Assembly: GCA_965644295.1 (NCBI GenBank)
Contig: CBFFRP010000158.1
Span: 1 to 41,777, forward strand
DNA: 41,777 nt
DNA from: Paraphysomonas bandaiensis
Lineage: Eukaryota > Protista > Chrysophyceae
Direction of reading: 5' to 3'
Shown here: piece after piece, positions 21,172-32,070 of the stretch
How the letters are laid out: every line of letters starts with the position of its first letter
How positions within the stretch are numbered: position 1 is the stretch's first letter
The notes under the pieces: model-generated
What the model saw: the letters and a program-made list of their open reading frames with translations, nothing else
What the model was told of the DNA's origin: nothing
The model's database searches: none
Translations under genes and position numbers: made by a program

Positions 21172-23717
21172 ATGTGTTCAAAGAAAAGAATCCTTATATT
21201 AACGTGGATTGTAACTGTATGCGTGTATTTCAATAGACAACAAGTGGGGGTCAGTTATCTCCATATATTGGCCCCTACAGAGACTAATCTCATCGGATTC
21301 CTTACATGTATAGCCTATTTTTTAGCTCCGATAGTCTGTGGGATGCAGGGGGATGTCCACGGACACCAGAGTGTGATGTGTGTATGTGCGGCCGTTGTGC
21401 TGGCGGGCAATATCGTGTTTTCATATGGGTGTGCGGGATACAACAGGACTATACTGGAGCTAGGATGGATCATGGTGTCTGCTGGTAGTTGTGGTATATT
21501 GGTACCAGTGTTATCCACTCTCATGGAAGTATTTGAGTATAGCTACATGGGTACTGCATTGTCCAGTGTGTTAACGATAGCTACTTTTGCAGTATACCTC
21601 CACTACTATCTCATATATACGGGTCATATTGTTGGCAATGTGACTGGTAATGTGTATATTTTTATTCTCGTAGTTGGATCAATTTCACTTGCGGCAGCCT
21701 GTTTTGTTGCAGCTCTGCATTCTCGTCCACACTCAACACCGAGTCAAGCTAATAGAAATGCCAGTGGTCTTCATAATAGCAACAAAAGTTCCAGCGGGGG
21801 CTCATTCCAGCTTCACTTGCACGATGTACCTGATGATACTATTAAGCCCTCGCCATCCTATACAATTCTTCTTGCGTCTGTAAAAAGACCCTTGTTCCCT
21901 CTTAGAGCCAATCCTAGCCTTTGGTTCCTTTTAGGGGTGTACTGTTCGCTTCATGGCACACTAGCACCCTTCTTATTTTCAATTTTTGTCGCCTACACCT
22001 CTTTTGGTGGGGATTACAGTAACGTTTCGTATACGTCTGTCTTGCTGTCCTTGGCGGTGGTGTCGTATTTATGTGCTCCCATCGGGGGCTATATTTCGGA
22101 CTGCAGAGGTCAACGCACTGTGGCATTGGTCCTATTTTCTGTTATAGTGTGTGGATCACATGTGCTGTTACTAATGCGATGGGGAGAGCCATTACTTCCT
22201 TTGATATGCATAGCAGCATGTTGTGGGTAAGTGTGTTGGCATGTACGCCGTAAATGTGCTGTTGTATCCGCTAGTTAGGTGCTTCTTTGATTTATTGCTA
22301 AACACATTCGTCGTTTTTACTTCAGTCACTACTGTATCATGCTCTTACTTCAGTATTTTGTAGGGTATGTATGGGTGTTTGCTGGTCTGCAGTGGGTCTA
22401 ATTGTTAAAACCTCGCATATTGGCCGAGCTACAGCTCTTATAGTCACTGCACAACAATCTATCTCGTTGATCTTGCTGTACGCGATGCGTCAGCTGATAG
22501 GAGCGTCGCCCCCACCCATATTCCCCCTACTCTACGAGGAAAGTGTAGCGACAGGAATATTTAGCTCTCGTCAAGACACTACACCAGAACATGTTGGTGA
22601 GCACTCAGGATGTTATGATGAAGTTCTGTTGTTAGTACTGTCTGTCCTTTCTGTGATATGCGCACTAATGTTGAGGATATCGGATGAGAATGGGAATGGT
22701 TGGCGACCACCTTCTTCCCCTACATCGTCGCTCGTTCCTTTTACTCCTGCGGGGTATGCTCAGTGCAACAAAGCTCCGCTTAGTCGCCTTTCCATTCAGA
22801 GTATAGATGCTCTGTCTCGCCGACATAGATCTCCAAGCGGAGGAGACACGGATGATATGGAGGCCCTCGATACCGAAATAGAGGTGGTTTTATAGATATT
22901 TAGTCAGAATGTGGTATAAATGATGTTATTGGCTCGCTGTATATGTCGCAGTTAATATTGTCCGTGTAGCTGTTGAAACTATTCGTTTCATTCTATATAC
23001 ATGTTTAGGGTAAACCATTGCTAGAAATGAACTGTATTCGCAATCGGCACGCATATTTTTATGTTGTATATATTACAGGTGAATATCAACACGAAAATAA
23101 ATCGTACAAGTGGGAAGTGGGAACCTAACCCCCACTATCTGGCCTACAAGACTGTTAGTAGTGGACGCAAAGCTTATATAAGTGCTCTTGAAAGTGGAAG
23201 TATTATGCAAGGGTCCCCTGCGTACAACATACAGTCCTCCATATGTAGTAAAAATGTACATGATAATCACCACCAGGACCACCGAATGTCACAGAATTTG
23301 TCTGATGAACATGAGAGTACAACAGTTGCTATCACACAGGATTTGTCGGAGAGAGAGATAACAGAAAGCACACCCCTTATGGCCTACGCCGGCACTGGGG
23401 CGGGTATCAGCAGTAGTCTTGATGTAGCTAATACGGAATCTTCTGCCCCATGGGCTATACCGACGTCATCAGCAGTATGTCATTCGTCGAAGTCGATGGT
23501 TTCTAGTCACCAAGGTACAGAGGGAGGTATACCCATGCATAGCAGCCTCCCCTCTCCTCACCACATGCAACGTATGCGGCATCAGCGCGTATCATTCGCA
23601 ACCGATGTAGTGTTTCCCGAGCGCAGGCAGGGAGCTGGACAACATCCACCAACTCCGGTGAAAAAGAAAAAGCCTGCTGATATGTTCCCCATACGCTATT
23701 ATAGCACCTTCAAATAG
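21172..23717 (+). CDS. MFS-type multi-pass membrane transporter with long polar C-terminal tail (>=3 exons; 5' end uncertain)
   Basis: Many hydrophobic helices; MFS motif-A-like GMQGDVHG and GYISDCRG; in-frame GT-AG introns 22227-22363 and 22884-23078. Confidence 0.75.
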
Positions 23718-24415
23718 TACTAAGTAAATACGTAGTATAACCTGGATTTGATTGCATGGATAGGTAATATTTCACTCATGACTGAACCTTATCGTACTGT
23801 TATATGTATAATAGGACATCTGGAAAAATTATTGCATACTACTGTTTCTAGTATTGCGTGTAAAATTCGTTACTGTTCTGATATTAATAATATTTGCTAT
23901 TTAAACAGCCACTGCTACTAGATAACTAGTAAACAATGTATTAAAGCAATGACAGATATATTCTAGTGTCTACAGTCTACAGTAATTCTACCGTGGTCCG
24001 AAATAAACTTAAAACAGTTCAGAACAACATGAAGAGGAAGTTAACATCAATTAGACTACTTTACATCATATGACAAAGGCAACAAACACCAATTCGCACT
24101 TTTTAGTGAAATTTTTCATCTAAATGAAGAGTGATAATTGTGGTTTAAAACGAGTGTATACCTGTATCGAAGTGAAGGTCTTGTCGTAAAATTTCATAAA
24201 TTAGAGTTTCCTAGATACTTGACACTAGACTAACTCTCCCAATTTCACTGGGGTACCATTAGAGATTATATTATTCATTTGACTATACTATAAAACATAT
24301 ATTCAAATTTTCACAAGTATATTACGTTGTACTGCATTTATTTCCAAACTATTTTATACTACTTATACACTTGATTACTTAGAAATTGGTAATCGAGCAA
24401 CTCTCAACAGTCATA

Positions 24416-26749
24416 TCGATACACTATTTGGGGGCTGATCTACCACTAACACCTACAGACACGGACTCATACAATTGGTGTACAAACTACCTAAAGGCAG
24501 CGGGCACACACCTTGGGATCAGGCACGCCTCAGCGGGTTGCAAAGTCATGGTTATAGAGACCCAAATCATACCCACTCTACTTTACAAGGCCACCAAGGC
24601 TTCTTGGCCCCTGCAATATTACAAGAACATCGATTCAACTTGCGCAAACCTTTATAGGAAAGCACTAAGCCTGAGTCCTGGTTACCCCACGGAACTGATC
24701 TACCTCTCTCTCAGGCATAATGGACTTGGAATGAAACGCTTCTCAGACTCCGCTCAAGAACAAAAATGGGGCTCCCTACAGCGCGCCATAATCCTAGGCG
24801 GTGATGCCGGTGACGCAGCGCACTTTCTCCTAACACAGACTATCGCGCCGTACCCAAACTACCACCACTTTGCCTTAAGTCTGCGGGAATGGGGTACGGA
24901 GGTTGGCCTTACTCTCCAACAACCCGACAGTCCGGAACCTCAAGATACCAACACCCTGACCAACATTATCCGCACATTAGAACTGGATGATGTAACCGCG
25001 GATACATACCAGGCAATCTTCACCGACGGCTCATACACGCCTACAGCCCTATCCCCGCGCCGCATTACGCATGTAAACCCACGTACAAGATGGGCACATT
25101 ATGGAGGAGCGGCGGCAGTCTGGCTCCCCCCGGAGGATGAATGGAAGAACGGTACAACAAAAATACTGCGATTAGAGACACCCTTCAGCGACGTGCCTGG
25201 ACTTGGCCCGTATGCATACGAGCTCATGGGAGCAGCAATGGCGCTTATACTGTCTGCGCGACTCCCATCACACATACCGATAAATACGGACTGTAAGGCC
25301 GTCTGCATACGCACACACGAAGCACTCTCCGCCAGACGTCGGGCACTGGGGCATCGTGCCAAAGGTGTACTGCTCGAAAGCATTGCAGCAAATAACGATT
25401 GCAAAAGGACAGTAGCCTGGGTCCGATCACACCCCGAACGACGCACCTCTGATGAGTCTGAATGGACATATGAAGACAAAGGAATTTACATTGCCGACGC
25501 AGTAGCAGGAGGGGACTGGCTTGAGGTAGATCGACTACTCGGACGACAAAATTACACTGTCTGTAACATGGAAGTGGACCAAGCCATCGAGAGAATACTC
25601 ACCGAGGGTTTATGGCACTGGCGCCTAACTGGGGAACGACGGCCGTATCGCACTAGCCCCCTGCTCACGGATTTCCAATCCCTCCGTAATCAACGGACGC
25701 TGGAGGCATATACAGCTCTCCGAGACCAACGCTACGGTCACAATCCCGACCGGGCTCCTGGATACTGGAAAGACAGCGGAGCACTACTTCCGCGCAAACT
25801 GGCGCAAGCAGATGGTGGACCATCAAAGGACAAAGTGAGCTCCCACCTGCGCCAAAGAGTACTAAATGCAGCACTGACATGGGACAAATCATTCAGCATA
25901 GGAAGAAACCGGGCGAAAACCAAACACGGACTCGACATGGCTAAAGCCGTATGCTCTGACTGCGGATTTAGACTAGACTCACTCAAGCATATGTGTCTAG
26001 ACTGCACAAACGACACCATAACGCAGATAAGGGAGTCTGCATTTCACAGCCACAAAAACGCGCTCCTAGAAGAAATGAGGAATCCGGAATTACCCCAATG
26101 GACCACCACTGTACTCCAGCGAATCTCCAGCAGGGCCTGGAACCCTTCCGTGCCACAGGTGGAGAGATTCTGGACGGGTACCATCACAATGACACAGCTT
26201 GAAATGGTTTTTGGAGATCACATCCATGAATCACTGTCATCCCAAGGACTGCGCAGCATCGAATCAGCGATCATCAAATTACTGCTACCGCTGTTCGCTG
26301 CAGCAAAGCTCATGATCCAAGATCGCGGAAGAAGATACGTGACCCTACGGAAAGGCCCCCCAAGGCTACTACCGCGGCCGAGTCCAAACCACAGACAGAA
26401 ACGGAAACGCCCAAGGGTGCTAAGATTACTAGGAATCCACAGACGAACCGAGACTGGAACACCGCCCACCGTACCTCTGAACCCTACCAACCATACACAG
26501 AGGACCATAGCAACGGACCGTATGAAACCAACAGGCCCTAGACAAAGGCGACGACGTCTCCGGCAACTCCACCTATGCCCAACGCCCAAACGGTGCATGG
26601 CGACACCGCCACATTCCACCACACCATCAACCTCTCAGTCCACACATCTAGTGCTCGGTACACTCAGGACCTTAATACAGAACCCGGTACCTCAGAGTCA
26701 GGCGGAACCGTATCCCAAGGGGAGACCCCCGGACAACACGCGCCAGTGA
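24416..26749 (+). CDS. C-terminal part of a LINE polyprotein: RT end/thumb, RNase H, CCHC zinc finger
   Basis: Stop-free frame. HYLG and LIYLSLRHNGLGM (post-RT); RNase H acidic residues in FTDGS, AYELMG, NTDCKAV and IADAVA plus WVRSH; CSDC...HMCLDC. The ORF-track start at 24386 lies in flanking DNA. Confidence 0.85.
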   Translation, partial: SIHYLGADLPLTPTDTDSYNWCTNYLKAAGTHLGIRHASAGCKVMVIETQIIPTLLYKATKASWPLQYYKNIDSTCANLYRKALSLSPGYPTELIYLSLRHNGLGMKRFSDSAQEQKWGSLQRAIILGGDAGDAAHFLLTQTIAPYPNYHHFALSLREWGTEVGLTLQQPDSPEPQDTNTLTNIIRTLELDDVTADTYQAIFTDGSYTPTALSPRRITHVNPRTRWAHYGGAAAVWLPPEDEWKNGTTKILRLETPFSDVPGLGPYAYELMGAAMALILSARLPSHIPINTDCKAVCIRTHEALSARRRALGHRAKGVLLESIAANNDCKRTVAWVRSHPERRTSDESEWTYEDKGIYIADAVAGGDWLEVDRLLGRQNYTVCNMEVDQAIERILTEGLWHWRLTGERRPYRTSPLLTDFQSLRNQRTLEAYTALRDQRYGHNPDRAPGYWKDSGALLPRKLAQADGGPSKDKVSSHLRQRVLNAALTWDKSFSIGRNRAKTKHGLDMAKAVCSDCGFRLDSLKHMCLDCTNDTITQIRESAFHSHKNALLEEMRNPELPQWTTTVLQRISSRAWNPSVPQVERFWTGTITMTQLEMVFGDHIHESLSSQGLRSIESAIIKLLLPLFAAAKLMIQDRGRRYVTLRKGPPRLLPRPSPNHRQKRKRPRVLRLLGIHRRTETGTPPTVPLNPTNHTQRTIATDRMKPTGPRQRRRRLRQLHLCPTPKRCMATPPHSTTPSTSQSTHLVLGTLRTLIQNPVPQSQAEPYPKGRPPDNTRQ

Positions 26750-26981
26750 GTCCTCAGACACACGAGCAGGGCGAATTCACACACAAACATCAAGAACGGA
26801 AGTGGTTGCACCTTGGTGCTTGCGGCGACGCACAAGCAGCTTCTGTAGCGTTAAATAGTAGGATAATAGAATTTGCGCTGATTAGTTATGGGTAGAGGTC
26901 TAACTAGTAGACTAGTATTCAACTAGCCGCTATATCGGAACGGGTTTTTAACGCCTATTGCTAAATAAAAGACATTCAATA
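24416..26981 (+). mobile_element. 5'-truncated non-LTR retrotransposon (LINE) with RNase H, bounded by an 11-bp TSD
   Basis: TSD CAACAGTCATA at 24405-24415 and 26982-26992; starts at RT motif 7 (SIHYLG); 3' end AATAAAAGACATTCAATA. Confidence 0.88.
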
Positions 26982-27377
26982 CAACAGTCATAGCCGTTGG
27001 TTTGAGTGTTATTTTTGCTATAATTGTGTTTAGTGACATTCCATGAACCAACATTTAGTTTCTGCTCTCGTCATTGTCATTCTGTAGACCTTGGCAAGTT
27101 TCTATTGGAATTGCTAAACCTTTACCTGTATCATATTAGCATGAATACCATATATATACAACATGCAATGTCTATACCTCTTGAAATATAGCTGAATCTG
27201 GCTACATGCTACACGTGATATAACTCCGTATTACATTAAATATCTGATTTAGAGTTGCAATATGTTATGATCACTCTACAGCATGCTTGAGAAGTGCTAA
27301 TGATTGTGATGAAATTGGAAGTAATAGATAAAAAATACTAGAAGTAGTCACCGTTTCCCACTTGTATACTATGTCAA

Positions 27378-27620
27378 AGCTTGTGTGGTACAAGGGACGC
27401 ATTTTGTCACTGGCCCACCTCAAGGGCGTCCGGGGTATTGGGATGCCTATTGAAGCCAAGCGTTCAGGCTGTTCATCTTAAGGACTCAAAAATCCTGAAG
27501 ACAGGAGATATCAGGAATTTGAACATTCTGCTTGCTCACTGCATTTTCTTGAAGGCAATGATAGAGCGAATGATTGCACCTTGCTGCTTGCGGTGACGCA
27601 CTATTGCTTATAATAGGACT
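27378..27620 (+). mobile_element. SINE-like element, diverged copy
   Basis: GCTTGTGTGGTACAAGGGAC, CCGGGGTATTGGG, AACATTCTGCTTGCTCACTGC and GCACCTTGCTGCTTGCGGTGACGCAC match the reverse complement of 3685-3955. Confidence 0.7.
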
Positions 27621-27944
27621 TTCACTACTATATATGATATATTAATAGTGAGGAATTTACCCTTACAACTGATTTGAACAGAAGAATGGGTCTATACAAC
27701 GATGAATACTAAAGAACTAACTGGTAATAATGAAGCAATTCCGATATCGAAAATTTAAAACGTATGTCATAATATTACATTACAGGGCAAGCAAATCAGA
27801 TTTATAATAAATATTGATTTTGACAGCGATACTTAAATCTTGCATAGCATTTCATATTACATATACATATAAATGAAGTGAAATTAATCTTCACAGTAAA
27901 TAGATCCCACTATAACACAAACAGAGTCCAAGCGGACAATATCA

Positions 27945-30283
27945 TCACACCAGTTTTCCATCCACTAAAGCAGCCAGAGTTTTAGAAACGGCATTGTATA
28001 CTCTGTCCTCAGCTTTTGACAGTGTGGTATCATAAGGCACAGACCCCCGCACACTCAGAGTAAATTCCAAGCCCGCGTTAACAATAGGAGCTTCGTTTTC
28101 ATCCAGTCTACACAACAAAAACAACGGGTCAAAAAAGCAGGGGGCTCACGTCACGTAATTTAAGCTGTGTCAAAAACACAGCAAAATATAGCACTTTAAT
28201 TTGTCATGAAAACAGAGCATATACAACGCGATCCATATACAAAAGACGTTCAAGAGCTAGTGTGTCAAAACACTTACAGCGGTAGACACGCGTAAGCATT
28301 ATTTATAATCTCTCCTCTCTGCCGTGAAGTCGAGTAGCCAGCACCTAACTTAGAGAACACTCGCCATTGTCCTGCCGACTGCTCCTGAACCGCCGAAATA
28401 TTCAGTGAACTTTGAACATATATACTTGGATCCGTAGTCATGCCACCCCACTGAACACTGGGAAACAGTTCTGTTGAATCAGCTCCGTACCTAATCACTC
28501 AAAATCAAATTTTTCGTATCAATTATTCTGATAAGACTACTCAAAAACACTGAAAATAAAAAGGAACAGCGCAATGTGTACTAAATATAGCTGTTCAACA
28601 CGGTCCGCGTATACCATACTCACATAATCGTCTGGGCATCTGTCCAAGTGAGGTTAGGGAATTTGTACTGCTCCTCCATATCCCTGTGAAGAACTAGCCG
28701 ACGGGTCAGTTCTGCAGCAGACAAGCTCTACAAAAGAATGGTAAGTACATAGCGCATATAGTAGATTAGAAATGAAATTAACATTTCCAAGATATGCTAT
28801 GAACATAACATTACAAGTGTATACAAATAGTTCATACACGCTCATGAAATACAAGTACACCGCCTATAGTGAACTGTTTATATAAACATTAACAAGCACA
28901 TGTGTTATCTAATATCGAACATGCTTCATACCGACAAACTGTTGTAGTAGGCGGGTCCAGAGTCCGGGTTCAAAGGACAAGTCTCTCCATCCGAACAGGT
29001 CATAGTAAACCCTAAGTCAGAAGGTGTACTTTCACCCTACAGTCCCACGGATTTTGTTAGTATTACCAAAATAATATATACGATATACGTCATACAACTT
29101 ACATAGTTTCCCCCAAGGGAGTTGTTTGGTTCTCCTATCCAGTCCGTGGCTATATATAGCTCTCTCTGCCTTCCTCCAACGTCGTTAAAGTAGGAAGAGA
29201 GCCCGTTGGAGGAATATCCCATGGTTGTGTCGTATGAGCAAACCACAGTAGCCAAGTCGCCTAGTGGAGTCTTACCGTGGTTTCCTACATAACAAGTATG
29301 CTGTCACAACATATGACAGTACGAACAAAGCTGAACATAATAACTGTTGTCGTAGTGCTATGTTTGCATGACAATATGTACCTGTGGTGGAGGCGTCAAG
29401 GCCAGCATCAAAACATTGCTCCCTGAGGTGACCTCCAGCATTAGCCATGGCGAATATCTGCATGAATATTACCGAAACTATGACAGTTACAATGGTATAT
29501 AGTAAATAGTACCTTAGAGGATGACCAAGTCTCGAACGGAACACTTGTACTATCCTTCCCGTTGCAGAAATACCTAAAAAATTGCTCTGTTAAATATAAT
29601 ATATGATATATGAATACATATATAGTGCACTGCTGTAATGTAACATTGTCATACAGATGTACATGGTGTAGATCGTACTTGTTGTGGACAACGCTATTAA
29701 CCCTACGGGTAACAATGATGCAAATATTTGCTTCTTCTTCACTAACAATAGACGACAGTATATCAGTGTCAACATCAACAGCACTAAGATCAATGTCTGT
29801 CGTGAACCCTTCCAGCTGTGAGTCATCATACACCACTGGGCATGACCACTCTCTGTCGTACACAGAAGGAAACTTCTTAGCGCAGTATTTGTCATCCAGA
29901 TAAGGTAGAGCATAGGCCTCAGCGTTACACCAGTGATCGTAGTAGTATGGACTGTCTCCAAATTCCACATCTGTGTTGTTGCTACTATTAACGCAGCACT
30001 GTAGTTCAGTAGGACCGGTGCAGTACCCCGAATAGGACTCATACGGACAGGCAGACACTTGCATGCACTCACCCTCACCCTCAGGGGCCACACAGACACT
30101 CTCTGTACAGCACTTGATGTCTTCACTCCCCGGACATAGACCATCTGTGACATGTCCATGCGTACAGCACCCGGAAGAGAGAGATACGCATACTCCCAGT
30201 AGACCCTCTGATACACATGTATCTGAGTACACACAGCCTGTGATGGGGGTTAACAGAAGGAGCAACAGGGTGATAATGAACAT
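27945..30283 (-). CDS. Secreted protein: Cys-rich N-terminal repeats plus serine beta-lactamase/PBP-like domain, multi-exon
   Basis: Signal peptide MFIITLLLLLLTPITG; two GxC...C...GxCxG...CC repeats; SxxK (SSSK 29513-29524), SxN (SSN 29205-29213) and K(T)G-like (KLG 28343-28351) in canonical order; last exon ends ...VDGKLV* at 27945. Confidence 0.65.
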
Positions 30284-30495
30284 TAAAGGGTTGATATAGT
30301 GATCGATATGATTGTATTGACTGATAAGTGTGTTACATGATCTCATCAGTATGTTCATCTATATATACACTACCAACACAGTCGATCTTATATACACATA
30401 CATATACATACTCTTTACGGAATATGATGCATATATATTGGTTTATTTTCATGGTCACCATCATCAAGCCACCAGCAATATGCCTTCGCATAGTT

Positions 30496-30568
30496 GCCGC
30501 GATAGCTCAGTTGGGAGAGCGTGAGACTGAAGATCTCAAGGTCACTGGTTCGATCCCGGTTCGTGGCA
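30496..30568 (+). tRNA. trnF: tRNA-Phe (GAA)
   Basis: 73-nt cloverleaf GCCGCGA...TCGTGGC-A, anticodon loop CTGAAGA, TTCGATC T-loop, followed by a T8 Pol III terminator. Confidence 0.97.
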
Positions 30569-30857
30569 TATCTTTTTTTTATTTTTTGCCCTATATATAC
30601 GAAAAGTACGTAGTATGTAATAATGGTATGGAGGGAACTATAGAGTATTCTTCCACTATATCTACAATGGTAAATATAAATAGCATAGACAACTTATGCT
30701 AATGGTATATATTGTTAATTTACTGTGATAAGGTTAAAGTAGCGACTTCAATCATACCATTTCTCAATCATTTGTACAAAAGATAGAGGTGTAAAATTTG
30801 TAGACAAAAATAATTTTGTCCCTCCAAAATTTTGATCAAAAAAATAAAAAAAAGATA

Positions 30858-30930
30858 TGCCACGAACCGGGATCGAACCAGTGACCTTGAGATCTTCAGT
30901 CTCACGCTCTCCCAACTGAGCTATCGCGGC
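30858..30930 (-). tRNA. trnF: tRNA-Phe (GAA), identical inverted copy
   Basis: Exact reverse complement of 30496-30568, also followed by a T-tract. Confidence 0.97.
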
Positions 30931-32070
30931 AACTATGCGAAGGCATATTGCTGGTGGCTTGATGATGATGACCATGAAAATAAACCAATATATATGCATC
31001 ATATGTCATATGAGGGTGTACAGGGCATATGTATGTATAATATGTATGTATGTGTATATATGCATCCACTAGAAGATATAAAGATCCATAGTACAGTGAG
31101 TGGTGCCAGCAGCCCACCAACACGACACGAGGAGAGATGAGATCAGTCTCCAGCAACAAATCTCTTAGTGTCTACTGTACAAGTGGTTGTCTATAGGTTA
31201 CAGGTACACTATCTCATGCATCTCTACTTACTATTGACTGTTACTGCTGCTGCTGGTGCTGCTGGTGTATGCAGTGTACATATCCCATCCATATCATACT
31301 AGAGCCCTACAGATCTTTCAGTAGTTTACCAGCTGAACAAACTACATAGAGACGAACTCCTCTATCAGCTGACGTCGTAATGATGTTGTTGACATGACAT
31401 ATACTCATATACTCACAGCTCAACAGTATGTATATACACACATATACACGTCCACACACAATTTCAGGTATGGAAATGGGAAGAATTATAAAAGTGCTCG
31501 TATCCCTCTATAAAGTTTGTTTTTAGCCTAGTGAAATAATTCTTAACGCCGTTTCTTAGTCGCCTTCTTATTAAGTAATTCTCTGTTGCACTTACACGTA
31601 CATATAAGTTTGAAAACTACAGTATAGTCAGCAGTAGTGCTTATCGTTGCTTTGGACTTCAGAGTACTGAAGCAAGCAGGATTTACAAAAACATAAACTA
31701 TCGTAGTATATACGACAAGGTTCTTATAATTGAGCACTCATCTTCTAGTAGTTGGGATATTAGAAAACGACAACACAGTATAACGTAGAAACCTAAAAAA
31801 TATCACCACAAACATATCAATTATTTTACGATATCAGGAGTAATGAAAGATGGTTTCACAAAGTCTTATTTGTGTGCACATATAGTGGCAATATTGAGTC
31901 CATCAAACATCTAGTTTCTATTTCACCAGTAGACACTACAAAACAGCTCATCGCTATAGTTGCGGAAAATACACAGCATCTGAAGATCTTGGTGAGCATG
32001 ATACAGAAAAGTGTTTATCTGCAGTGGCTGAATCGGATACACATCCAGACGCGTGCTACAAAGAAATAGG

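Larger units (their letters stand above)
30422..31004. repeat. 166-bp inverted duplication carrying both tRNA-Phe genes, 251-bp spacer
   Basis: 30422-30587 vs 30839-31004: one mismatch seen, in the 5' flank. Confidence 0.93.

Noticed and set aside
24386-24415. ORF-track start of the 787-aa LINE ORF
   Set aside because: Lies in flanking DNA/TSD; the element begins at 24416 within RT motif 7.
30328-31159. ORFs spanning the tRNA genes
   Set aside because: Translations of tRNA-Phe and its flanks, not protein-like.
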